26,019 nt of DNA, from positions 1 through 26,019 of the IMG/VR virus record IMGVR_UViG_3300032295_001748; one strand, written 5' to 3'. Made by a program: the position numbers and the translations under genes. Below the pieces are notes generated by a model that did no database searches, was not told where the DNA came from, and saw only the letters and a list, made by a program, of their open reading frames with translations. Shown here in pieces: positions 1 to 7,948 of the stretch. Position 1 is the stretch's first letter. The number at the start of each line of letters is the position of its first letter. This DNA is from a virus (taxonomy: Duplodnaviria > Caudoviricetes).

Positions 1-161
1 ATAATCCCCCCCAAATTTGAGCTATTTTCTTTTTCTTTTTTGATACTTTTTTCTTTTTCTGAATCATGCATCAAATCTAGTTTTGCACTTATGTTTGCCA
101 AATGGCTTTCAATGCCTTGCAAAATTGTGGCAATTGCCTGAATTATGTTCTGATTTTCCAT
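1..161 (-). CDS. 5' part of a CDS running off the window; possibly a replication initiator
   Basis: ATG at 161, open to the window edge: MENQNIIQAIATILQGIESHLANISAKLDLMHDSEKEKSIKKEKENSSNLGGI. The K/E-rich linker and the position downstream of recombination genes fit a phage replication protein, but the function is only inferred. Confidence 0.45.
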   Translation of the reverse strand, partial: MENQNIIQAIATILQGIESHLANISAKLDLMHDSEKEKSIKKEKENSSNLGGI

Positions 162-293
162 TTTTGTATCTCTTGAATGTTTGTGAATAGTCTTTTTTGC
201 TCGTTTTAAGGCTCACCATTGAATGAAAGGGTATGAATACATATATTCTTATGGGTTCACACCCTTTCGCGCCTCATATTCGATTTATGGCGT

Positions 294-767
294 TTATGAT
301 AATCCATGAATGAAGTCAACAGGTTCATGCAATTTACCGTGCTTTTGCTCAAATTTATGGAATCTTGACAAAAGCCATTTATTTGATAGCATGTCGGAAA
401 CATTGCCTTGCTTGAATTCATTTCCCTGTGGTGTCTTGAATCCATAGTCATTTAATTTGTCTGCAATCTCTCTTTGAACATATTTACTTTGCATTTCCAT
501 GGCAATTTGAAAAGGTCTGTCATAGTATGTTTGGGCAAATGTTCCTGAATACCTTTTGACTTTCATTCGCTTTGATAGTGATTGGTGTTTTTCATGTGCC
601 TTGTCAACTGCCTTTGCTGTTTGAATCTGTTTTGCCACTTCATTTGGAACCAACTTGATAAGTTCATCTATTGTTGCATTCAATATCATGATCTGTGATT
701 CCAATGAATCCAATCTTTGTGCAAATTGCTCTCTTTCAATTTCCTTTTTGAAGAAAAATAGTCCCAT
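294..767 (-). CDS. putative DNA-binding protein with a recombinase-type DNA-binding motif
   Basis: 157 aa with an N-terminal coiled coil. QREIADKLNDYGFKTPQGNEFKQGNVSDML resembles the IAxxLNxxGxxTxxGxxW/F motif of the serine-recombinase-associated DNA-binding domain. GGTG upstream of the ATG. Confidence 0.6.
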   Translation of the reverse strand: MGLFFFKKEIEREQFAQRLDSLESQIMILNATIDELIKLVPNEVAKQIQTAKAVDKAHEKHQSLSKRMKVKRYSGTFAQTYYDRPFQIAMEMQSKYVQREIADKLNDYGFKTPQGNEFKQGNVSDMLSNKWLLSRFHKFEQKHGKLHEPVDFIHGLS

Positions 768-784
768 TTCACCACCTTATAAAT

Positions 785-1435
785 TTAGAATAATTCAAAT
801 ATAGATATGTCTTCTGTTAATTGCATATAATCTTCAATGCCTGAAACAATTATGAATCTATGCAATTCATCAATCGTTGTTTTGATATGCTGTTCATCCA
901 TTTGTGATGCACGCAATGTGAATGAATGAAATGATTTGTATTGCAACTCGGAATCAATGTCACTGATTGTTTTCCATTTTGTTGATGGTGCAGGAAATTC
1001 AAAAACAACATATTCAATTTCATCCGCTTCAAATAACCAACAGTACATTTGCCATTGAATTGAATCCAGGTATTTGTCAATAGAGAATGCACCCCATGTT
1101 GTCTTTGCTTCCATCACACGCCTGCCAATCAAATAATCGGCAACACCTGTAATTGCAATTTCACCATGCTTGGATTGATGTCTTTTCCGTGTCTTTGCTT
1201 CATGCATTCCACCTTGGAAAAGTGCTCTTGCATGATTGATTTGTTCTGCATTGAATATCAATGGAACATCAGCATCTTGATTTTCAATCAGTGAATGGAA
1301 CATTGTGCCCAATTCCATTTTGATTGATGGCATGCCTTGTTTCAATAATGTTTGTTTCAACTGATTTTCATCAATGATGTCATTGCAATATTTCAACCAT
1401 GCATCACATTGTGTTGCTGATATTTTAATCATCAT
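785..1435 (-). CDS. PD-(D/E)xK exonuclease (Cas4/RecB-like phage recombination nuclease)
   Basis: Motifs GTMFH, ITGVAD, MEAKTT and QWQMY match the RecB-family pattern. Start placed at 1435 because of the ATGA overlap with the Sak4 stop. Confidence 0.8.
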   Translation of the reverse strand: MMIKISATQCDAWLKYCNDIIDENQLKQTLLKQGMPSIKMELGTMFHSLIENQDADVPLIFNAEQINHARALFQGGMHEAKTRKRHQSKHGEIAITGVADYLIGRRVMEAKTTWGAFSIDKYLDSIQWQMYCWLFEADEIEYVVFEFPAPSTKWKTISDIDSELQYKSFHSFTLRASQMDEQHIKTTIDELHRFIIVSGIEDYMQLTEDISIFELF

Positions 1436-2328
1436 GCACCTGTGAATTGTTTTGATTTGACATCGTAATTGAATCCAAGTGATTCGGCTCTTGTCTTGAT
1501 TGAATTCCAAATCTGCATCTTCTCACCTTTCGTGAATGTTGATTCAGTCAATGTGTTCATGATGGCATTGATTGATTCAACTGATTCACATTTGTTTGCT
1601 GTTTCAATCATGTTGTTGATTGCACGCAATGATTCGGTGTGGTTTAATCTAGTGTAATTGAATGCAGTCTTGGTTTGTTCAAATATGTTTGCCATGAATG
1701 ATTCAAGTTCATTGTAGTGTGGAATAATGATTGCAGGAAGTTCAGCAGAATTCTTACCAACTTTCCAATCCTTTGCATCAAAATCCAATACCGTATTTCC
1801 TTTTTCATCTTTGAACATATACCCAACCATGTCTGCCTTCTGAATAATCAAATCATATGATGAACCCTGTGCCAATGGCTTCACTTTCAATTGTTCAGAT
1901 TCTGTCACCTGTTTGGAATGCATGATAAAAATGATGTCTTTGTTCAATGATCGAATCAATTTCAGGAATTTATGAAAAGTGTTTTTCAATTCACCAAACA
2001 ATTGCATTTTCATGCGCTCCAATTTAGGGTTTGTTTCAATGTGCCATTCCATGATTGAATCCAACATCGTGCCCGCTGTGTCAATTACAATGGTTTCGTA
2101 ATCTTTGATAATATCAACCAACATTGAATCATTTGCAATGTCTCTCCAATGCACATGTTCATAACAGTCTTTTGATAATTTGGATCTTTGGTAGCCTTCA
2201 TCAAAGTCAAGAACCAATGGTTTGTTTGCCGTGTTTGCCAATGTTGATTTTCCAACGCCCGCTTCACCATAGATGACAAAGATTGTTGATGTCAATGCGA
2301 GTGCTTGGTCTTGTGTTTTGAATTTCAT
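1432..2328 (-). CDS. sak4: Sak4-like AAA ATPase, single-strand annealing protein
   Basis: Walker A IYGEAGVGKST, VLDFDEG, Walker B IVIDT, then IIFIMH and DMVGY; adjacent to an exonuclease. Confidence 0.8.
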   Translation of the reverse strand: MKFKTQDQALALTSTIFVIYGEAGVGKSTLANTANKPLVLDFDEGYQRSKLSKDCYEHVHWRDIANDSMLVDIIKDYETIVIDTAGTMLDSIMEWHIETNPKLERMKMQLFGELKNTFHKFLKLIRSLNKDIIFIMHSKQVTESEQLKVKPLAQGSSYDLIIQKADMVGYMFKDEKGNTVLDFDAKDWKVGKNSAELPAIIIPHYNELESFMANIFEQTKTAFNYTRLNHTESLRAINNMIETANKCESVESINAIMNTLTESTFTKGEKMQIWNSIKTRAESLGFNYDVKSKQFTGA

Positions 2329-2564
2329 CCTGTTTGCTCCAATTGTTTTGTGAATAGTTCATCTAATTCTGCTTTGAATATCAATGCCATTGGTTTGTTC
2401 TTAGCTGACATTGTGTATTTTATGTTTTTGACCTTTGGCAATACATGCCAAATTGCTTTTCCTTTACGCCTTCGCCTGCCTTTGCAAATCATCTGAATAT
2501 ACCTTTGACTCTTTCCATAGATTGCTGATGCTTCTTCAGTTGTGATCCATTCAATTTCATCCAT
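2325..2564 (-). CDS. HTH DNA-binding protein (excisionase/MerR-like)
   Basis: WITTEEASAIYGKSQRYIQMICKG is an HTH_17-like pattern followed by a basic stretch. AGGA lies 6 nt upstream of ATG 2564; ATGA overlap with the Sak4 start. Confidence 0.65.
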   Translation of the reverse strand: MDEIEWITTEEASAIYGKSQRYIQMICKGRRRRKGKAIWHVLPKVKNIKYTMSAKNKPMALIFKAELDELFTKQLEQTG

Positions 2565-2578
2565 ACGCATTCCTTGTG

Positions 2579-2740
2579 TTAGTGTAATGGCATAGGCCAA
2601 TATCTGTTGATAATAAGTTCCACACAAATTGTCATGATGACAAGCATAGTAACCGTGACAAATATCTTCATGTCTTCCTTTTGTTCATGACATCTTTGTT
2701 TCCAATAGTCACGATCCTCTTGCAATTCATTCTGATTCAT
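2579..2740 (-). CDS. small single-TM membrane protein
   Basis: MNQNELQEDRDYWKQRCHEQKEDMK followed by hydrophobic IFVTVTMLVIMTICVELII. GGAG lies 7 nt upstream of ATG 2740. Confidence 0.55.
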   Translation of the reverse strand: MNQNELQEDRDYWKQRCHEQKEDMKIFVTVTMLVIMTICVELIINRYWPMPLH

Positions 2741-2987
2741 TTTCATTCTCCATAATGATTTCAATTTCATCAGTTGTATATTGTTCTGCAATCTTCAATG
2801 CATCATTCACCATTGGCATTGCAATTTTTGATGCAATCTCAATCCATGCTTTTTTCATTTGCTCAAATTCTTGATTGCATTCATTGCCCGCAACCGCAAC
2901 CGCCTTTGCTAACTTTTCATCATTCATTGCAATACGGAATGCAACCACAAATGCTGTGAATTTTTCTGATTCAGGAATTGCTCTCAT
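2727..2987 (-). CDS. hypothetical protein, 86 aa, helical
   Basis: AAGGAG RBS upstream; fills the operon gap. Confidence 0.7.
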   Translation of the reverse strand: MRAIPESEKFTAFVVAFRIAMNDEKLAKAVAVAGNECNQEFEQMKKAWIEIASKIAMPMVNDALKIAEQYTTDEIEIIMENENESE

Positions 2988-3004
2988 TTCTTTGCTCCTT
3001 TAGT

Positions 3005-3454
3005 TTAATTATTTGAATATGTTTCTTTTTTGATTTGTTTCAAAAGTTTCTTGACTAAATTCTTAGCATTCAATTGGCATTCATATTCCCATGTTGATGT
3101 CATTTGCGAAACCTCACATGTTGATTTCACACGAAGATTGAATGCCATTGACAAAAAGTAGTCATATTCCTCTATCTTTTCCTCTAAAGCAGGTAATAAA
3201 GCTCCTTCGAGACCGGACTCATATTGAATAAAGAGGTGCGCAATCTTTTTGTACTGGTATTCCATGTATTGACCGACATAAATGTCTTTTGCATACCAAG
3301 ACATACCGTAAACTGCATTTTGTGCCAATTTCTCTATGCCACTTTTCCAATGGTGTTGTGATTGATTTTCAAGTCTTGTAAGTTCAGACAAAATATCCTG
3401 AATCAATTCTTGTGTCTTTTCTGTCATTGCGATTGTTTGTTCTTTCGTTGTCAT
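3005..3454 (-). CDS. hypothetical early protein, 149 aa
   Basis: GGAG RBS; leader similar to those of the two genes transcribed before it. Confidence 0.7.
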   Translation of the reverse strand: MTTKEQTIAMTEKTQELIQDILSELTRLENQSQHHWKSGIEKLAQNAVYGMSWYAKDIYVGQYMEYQYKKIAHLFIQYESGLEGALLPALEEKIEEYDYFLSMAFNLRVKSTCEVSQMTSTWEYECQLNAKNLVKKLLKQIKKETYSNN

Positions 3455-3500
3455 TTTCTTTTCTCCAAATATTGTTTGTTTTTGGCATTACTACAAAATT

Positions 3501-3520
3501 AAATGGGCTGTCGCCCATTT
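3501..3520 (-). terminator. stem-loop, possible weak terminator or RNA stability/processing hairpin
   Basis: Perfect inverted repeat AAATGGGC-GACA-GCCCATTT on the minus strand, followed by AATTTTG, about 20 nt after the stop at 3543. Confidence 0.55.
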
Positions 3521-3542
3521 GCCAAGTCTCAAATAAACCCGA

Positions 3543-3773
3543 TTATCTATCCTCATTAAAATTAAAAACCTGCGCAAATTTTAATTTAGTCTTAAGGGTA
3601 GTAAACACCTTATTTGCTGTTTGCGAATCCTCAAAAGTTAAGGTTGCGCCATTCGAGAAATGCACATTGTAATTTTGCTTCATTCCAGACCAGTAAAAAG
3701 ACATCCACACTTCTCCGCTCGCGTTATTATCTTTAACTAATTTAGCTACCGTTTGCGACGTTACTCTTTTCAT
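3543..3773 (-). CDS. hypothetical early protein, 76 aa
   Basis: Has its own promoter repeat and GGAG RBS. Confidence 0.7.
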   Translation of the reverse strand: MKRVTSQTVAKLVKDNNASGEVWMSFYWSGMKQNYNVHFSNGATLTFEDSQTANKVFTTLKTKLKFAQVFNFNEDR

Positions 3774-3860
3774 TTTCCTGCTCCGAATAATTATTGTTTG
3801 TTTTTAATTACAGATGCAATTTATACTATTTTATGCGAACCACCAAACAAAAAAAATAAA
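3771..3860. repeat. imperfect ~90 bp direct repeat, copy A (promoter + leader + RBS)
   Basis: Aligns with 4074-4161, including an identical 14-mer TGCGAACCACCAAA (3834-3847 and 4137-4150) and shared AATTACA, ATGCAAT, AATTATTGT and TGCTCC blocks. Confidence 0.85.
3815..3847 (-). promoter_or_regulatory. putative early promoter, copy A (TTTG-N20-TAAATTGCA)
   Basis: Resembles the Bacteroidota primary-sigma consensus TTTG-N19-21-TAnnTTTG with one T fewer; duplicated at 4118-4150. Confidence 0.65.
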
Positions 3861-4076
3861 TTATGCCAAATTCATTTTCTTCATTAAATTAAATACCCTC
3901 ATTCTATTGCTACTGTTCATGTATTCAAATAAGAATTCTGCATCATCATGAGTAACTTCGGAAAAGATTGCATCTTTGGTTGATCCATAATGCTTTGCTA
4001 TTTCATGCAAAATTGAACTTGATGCCAATGTTCCAACTGATTCCAAGAATGCTTTGTTTGCTTGTCCGTTTGTCAT
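3861..4076 (-). CDS. hypothetical early protein, 71 aa
   Basis: Flanked on both sides by the promoter repeats; GGAG RBS. Confidence 0.7.
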   Translation of the reverse strand: MTNGQANKAFLESVGTLASSSILHEIAKHYGSTKDAIFSEVTHDDAEFLFEYMNSSNRMRVFNLMKKMNLA

Positions 4077-4161
4077 TGTTTTGCTCCAAAAATTATTGTG
4101 TGTGTTTCAATTACAAATGCAATATATGGTATTATGTGCGAACCACCAAATAAAAAATAAA
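4074..4161. repeat. imperfect ~90 bp direct repeat, copy B
   Basis: Aligns with 3771-3860. Confidence 0.85.
4118..4150 (-). promoter_or_regulatory. putative early promoter, copy B (TTTG-N20-TATATTGCA)
   Basis: Same elements and same 20 nt spacing as copy A, with an AT-rich upstream tract. Confidence 0.65.
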
Positions 4162-4169
4162 ATAATTTC

Positions 4170-4211
4170 AAAAAAAAATTGGCTTTATCGCTTAAGTGCA
4201 ATAAAACCAAT
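4170..4211 (-). terminator. intrinsic terminator ending the late/structural operon
   Basis: Minus strand TTGGTTTTATTGC-ACTTAA-GCGATAAAGCCAA forms a 13 bp stem with two G.U pairs, followed by T9. The wobble pairs work only on the minus strand. Confidence 0.8.
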
Positions 4212-4231
4212 GATTTATAGATGCAAAAAAA

Positions 4232-4414
4232 TTATGCGTTCCCGCTTCCAATGTCACCAACAAGTGTTGAATATGATTCAGAAACATCATATATAGCGCC
4301 ATTAGTCATGTTGATCCTTCTGAACAGTTCATCAATATCATAGAATGATACAACATCCGCTTTGTTTATTACAATTGTATTTCCTGTGTTGACATCTGTC
4401 AAAGATAATGCCAT
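4232..4414 (-). CDS. small protein resembling the FlbD/SwrD family
   Basis: 60 aa with the pattern LTxxxGxxIVINxxxVVS...IxMTNGxxYxVSESxxxL; AGGA RBS. Confidence 0.6.
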   Translation of the reverse strand: MALSLTDVNTGNTIVINKADVVSFYDIDELFRRINMTNGAIYDVSESYSTLVGDIGSGNA

Positions 4415-4430
4415 AAGTCTTGATTCCTAA

Positions 4431-4928
4431 TTAGTCAATTGCAATGATTGCTGTGCCTGTGATTTTGGCTGTTGATGCGAATGTGAATGCACCTCTAATT
4501 TCAGGCACAACATAAAGTGATGTTGATGTTGGTTGCAATCCATATGGAAGTTCAATTGTTGATTCAACATACGCTGCACCTGTTCCACCATTCAACCATG
4601 ATGCATTTGCAATGTCAATATAACCAACGGCAATATCAAATTGTGCTTTGGTGAATGCCTGTGGTGAATTTCTTGATGCCGGTGTCAATGATCCACCGAA
4701 AAACCATAAACGCAATGCAGGTTTTTGCAATGTTCCTGATGTTGATTCTGCCAATATCACTTTCAATAATGTTCCTGAATCACCTGCAAATCGTGATGCA
4801 TTTGGAATTGCAATTGCACTGCTTGTCAATATGTCACCTGATGCATAGGCAACTGTGTCTAATGTTCCAAAGTCAAAAATTGATTTGACCTTTTCCTGTC
4901 CTGTTTGTCCTGAATAAAAAATTGGCAT
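4431..4928 (-). CDS. putative virion structural protein (beta-rich)
   Basis: 165 aa, rich in A/G/S/T, at the end of the tail operon; AAGGA RBS. Confidence 0.6.
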   Translation of the reverse strand: MPIFYSGQTGQEKVKSIFDFGTLDTVAYASGDILTSSAIAIPNASRFAGDSGTLLKVILAESTSGTLQKPALRLWFFGGSLTPASRNSPQAFTKAQFDIAVGYIDIANASWLNGGTGAAYVESTIELPYGLQPTSTSLYVVPEIRGAFTFASTAKITGTAIIAID

Positions 4929-4939
4929 TGTATTTCCTT

Positions 4940-5662
4940 TTATGTTGCTATTGTGAATCTTCTATCAGCTTCAAATATTTCAGACAATTTAAAAACATGC
5001 AATGATGCTTTTGTGTTCGCTGTTCCAAAAGAAACAAATGATGCATTTGTGAATAATCGGATTTGAAAACCGTATCTTCCTGATCTGTTCATCACTTCAT
5101 TTTGGTTTGGCAAATTGATGATTGTTGAACCTGATAGTGTTGGATGTTTGTTTGAATTCTGATATGCAAAAAACTGTTCATAAGTTTCCGTATAAATTCC
5201 TGATGAAACATTTGTTGCAATTTCCAATCCCCAATCCAAATTTCCTTGAATTGATGTTGAATAGAAAAAAGCCTGCACCCAATACCAACCTGCTTCATTC
5301 ACATAAATTGTTTGGTCTCTTGAATCATAGAAATAATTCGGATTGATGACATTGACAATTGAAAAGGGAATAGGAACAGAAAATGGTTCTGCACCCGATT
5401 TTGCAAATGATGTTACACCTTGCATTCCAAACGGATAATTTTGGGCACGCTTGTGAGCTGATGATGCTGCTGCCGTTGCTGATGATCTTGCAAGTCCAAT
5501 TGCCTGTGATGTCACTTCCTGTGCAATGTGCAATGTGGAATCCTGTGAAATCAAATTGAATTCATCTTCATCATTCAACAGTTCTGAATATTTGCCACCT
5601 GTTGGAAATGCCAATTGATTCCTGCCAATTCCCTTTGCTCTTATGGGTTCATTGTATTTCAT
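4940..5662 (-). CDS. tail-tip/receptor-binding protein candidate with a C1q/TNF-like C-terminal domain
   Basis: IPFSIV...IYVNEAGWYWVQAFF...TLSGSTIINL...SLHVFKL resembles a C1q-like jelly roll; ATGA overlap with the upstream tail gene. Confidence 0.55.
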   Translation of the reverse strand: MKYNEPIRAKGIGRNQLAFPTGGKYSELLNDEDEFNLISQDSTLHIAQEVTSQAIGLARSSATAAASSAHKRAQNYPFGMQGVTSFAKSGAEPFSVPIPFSIVNVINPNYFYDSRDQTIYVNEAGWYWVQAFFYSTSIQGNLDWGLEIATNVSSGIYTETYEQFFAYQNSNKHPTLSGSTIINLPNQNEVMNRSGRYGFQIRLFTNASFVSFGTANTKASLHVFKLSEIFEADRRFTIAT

Positions 5663-7461
5663 TGGTACATCCTCACTGATATGTCAACACTTCCTGAATA
5701 GACATCCAACTTATGTTTTGTTATTACGCCCGTTCCCGTATTTGCATTGTAGATTTGAGTCACTAATGGGTTGAGATCATTCAAATTGATTGTGCAATTT
5801 GCACCAACATCTTCAAAGCCACAAATGGAATGTCTTGTCTTAAATTCCAAATCAACTTGCTTTGAATCACCAAGGGCTTTCACAAGAGCATAGGCAATTG
5901 TGTATGGAATGCCTGCTTGTTGCTGTTCTTGAATCTGAACTGCTATTGTTCCAATTCCTGATGGAACGGAATAATCAAGTGAAATTGCATCTGTGTTGGA
6001 ATATTTGAATTGACATTTTGTATCAGGTCTCATCATTAAACCGCTGTTATTCCAAACAATCATTCCTGCATTGATTGATGATTTTCTTCTGATATAATAT
6101 CCATTTTGAACATCATTCACAGTCATGTTTCTTCCCGTTGGTGATGGCAAATTGTGGAAAATCAATTCAACATCTTTTCCATTGTCCGATGATGTGCCTT
6201 CCTGATATTGAAAAGTTTTCGTGTCCTTTTCCCCTTGCAATGTTGAAACGGATGTCTGTGCTGATTTGACGGTTTCTTGAAATAACTTCATCTTAATATC
6301 TGAATAAACATTGCTTTGATTAAATGTAATTCCTGATCCTGTCAAAGGTCTTATGAAATCGGATGTGTATGAAATACCAAATGCGCCTGATATGCTTGAA
6401 TAAGATAAATTCAATCTATAAATTTCCAGTGTATTTTCAACCAATGCCAAAAACACTTCATAAAAGTTTTGAAACTTTCCAAAGGCTGTTGAATCAATCA
6501 ATGCACCGCCTTTCAAAAATGTTGTGCCGTCTTCATCCTTGAAAATTTCGGAAACAAATGCAGGTTTATCAATTTCAATTCCATTAAATGAATCAAGTTC
6601 AAATCTTGGATAATAAAATTTCCAAGCCTTTTCAAATGGAACAGGAATAGAAACTGATGACGATGCATTCCATGTGATTGATCTCATGTATTCTGACAAC
6701 ATGGAATCAATCAATGTTTTCAAATTTGCAAATGTATTCACAACAAATGAATATTTGTCAATTGTCGAATCAATTGCTTTGTCAAATAGTCCTCCAATTG
6801 GATTGAATGCCTGTCCAACAACTATTTCATTGTATCTTGTGTTTCTTGCAATTGAATATCCATTCCCATAATCAAGTGAATTTGCATTTGAACCAATGCC
6901 CAAAAAATAGCGAGCGTAAAAATCACCAATTATATTTTCACAAATGAATCTCATGGCATCAAAGCATTCAATCTTGAAATTTATCACTGAATCCAATTTT
7001 GTTAAGGTCAATTCATTTTCCGCTGCAAACTTTTGGCATCCAATAAATACAGGCCTGTCACCACTTCCATCATTCACCATGAGAATGAAAGTGTTGAATC
7101 TATAAAAAACAAACAACTGTTCTGCGCTTCCATCAGCATTGTATGGAAACCCCGTTTGTGTTGTGCCACGCAATAATGCAGACCGCAAATCATTCAAATC
7201 ATTTGTGCCTTGCAATGCTGCCAAGTTCACATTCAATGTCATAATTTGTGAAACAAGACCAACAGGAATTTCACCAAGTTCAGTTTCAATAGACAAAGAC
7301 TTCATCAGGAAGTCATCAGGCAATTCAACTAAGTTGAATGTTGATAGTGAATTCACATTTGCTGATGATGCACCTGTGTTTGCATTTGCAGGCAAAATGT
7401 ACAATGTATATTGCCATGCATTTTCATCTTCAAATTGTGTGTAATATCTATTATATGGCAT
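5659..7461 (-). CDS. tail tip/baseplate hub protein (Tal-like position)
   Basis: About 600 aa and second gene after the tape measure. The C-terminus (FEDVGANCTI...GVITKHKLDVYSGSVDISV) is hub-like. Start ATG 7461 follows GAGGA. Confidence 0.6.
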   Translation of the reverse strand: MPYNRYYTQFEDENAWQYTLYILPANANTGASSANVNSLSTFNLVELPDDFLMKSLSIETELGEIPVGLVSQIMTLNVNLAALQGTNDLNDLRSALLRGTTQTGFPYNADGSAEQLFVFYRFNTFILMVNDGSGDRPVFIGCQKFAAENELTLTKLDSVINFKIECFDAMRFICENIIGDFYARYFLGIGSNANSLDYGNGYSIARNTRYNEIVVGQAFNPIGGLFDKAIDSTIDKYSFVVNTFANLKTLIDSMLSEYMRSITWNASSSVSIPVPFEKAWKFYYPRFELDSFNGIEIDKPAFVSEIFKDEDGTTFLKGGALIDSTAFGKFQNFYEVFLALVENTLEIYRLNLSYSSISGAFGISYTSDFIRPLTGSGITFNQSNVYSDIKMKLFQETVKSAQTSVSTLQGEKDTKTFQYQEGTSSDNGKDVELIFHNLPSPTGRNMTVNDVQNGYYIRRKSSINAGMIVWNNSGLMMRPDTKCQFKYSNTDAISLDYSVPSGIGTIAVQIQEQQQAGIPYTIAYALVKALGDSKQVDLEFKTRHSICGFEDVGANCTINLNDLNPLVTQIYNANTGTGVITKHKLDVYSGSVDISVRMYQ

Positions 7462-7462
7462 G

Positions 7463-7948
7463 TCAAATCCTCGCTGCAAGATCGCGTTGATAACATGTCA
7501 ATGTCAATCTTTCATTTCCTGATGTCCATTGCTTTTCATTTGATATATCACATCTTACAAAAACAAAAGGAATCAACCCTGCTGTTCTTGGAAAGTTTGT
7601 TGAATCCTTATATCTATCAGGCAAAACTTTTGGTGCATCAGGTGCATTCAATCGGACAAACTTTCTTTGCAAAACAGAATCCAAAAGAAACATGATAGAA
7701 TCAGTGTTCAGGTATGTTGGTGGATTTGTCATCCATGTCGAATTTGGAAAACATTGAACCTCCAATGCACGACGCAATTTCCGTTGCCCAATTTCCCGCC
7801 CTTGCATTGAAACATCAGAATCTGATTCTATTTCAAATGTAGGAAACATTCCAACAATAGGAATTTGAATTGCAGTGTAGGTTGCATTCCCTGTCGAAAA
7901 TGTATCAACATCACAACCTTCAATCTTAACCCAAAATCTTGACATCAA
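7463..7948 (-). CDS. distal tail protein candidate (Dit position)
   Basis: 161 aa directly after the tape measure; AGGAGG RBS; synteny. Confidence 0.55.
   Translation of the reverse strand: MMSRFWVKIEGCDVDTFSTGNATYTAIQIPIVGMFPTFEIESDSDVSMQGREIGQRKLRRALEVQCFPNSTWMTNPPTYLNTDSIMFLLDSVLQRKFVRLNAPDAPKVLPDRYKDSTNFPRTAGLIPFVFVRCDISNEKQWTSGNERLTLTCYQRDLAARI

Noticed and set aside
294-767. Integrase implying a temperate lifestyle
   Set aside because: The serine recombinase catalytic domain is missing, so lifestyle cannot be determined from this window.
785-1435. Cas4 as part of a CRISPR system
   Set aside because: The four-cysteine Fe-S pattern is not evident, and the Sak4 context indicates a recombination nuclease.
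3771-4161. Repeats as a CRISPR array or attachment sites
   Set aside because: There are only two imperfect copies, separated by a full gene and containing promoter and RBS elements; no cas operon or integrase is present.
4431-5662. Diversity-generating retroelement target in tail-tip genes
   Set aside because: No reverse transcriptase and no template/variable repeat pair were seen in the window.
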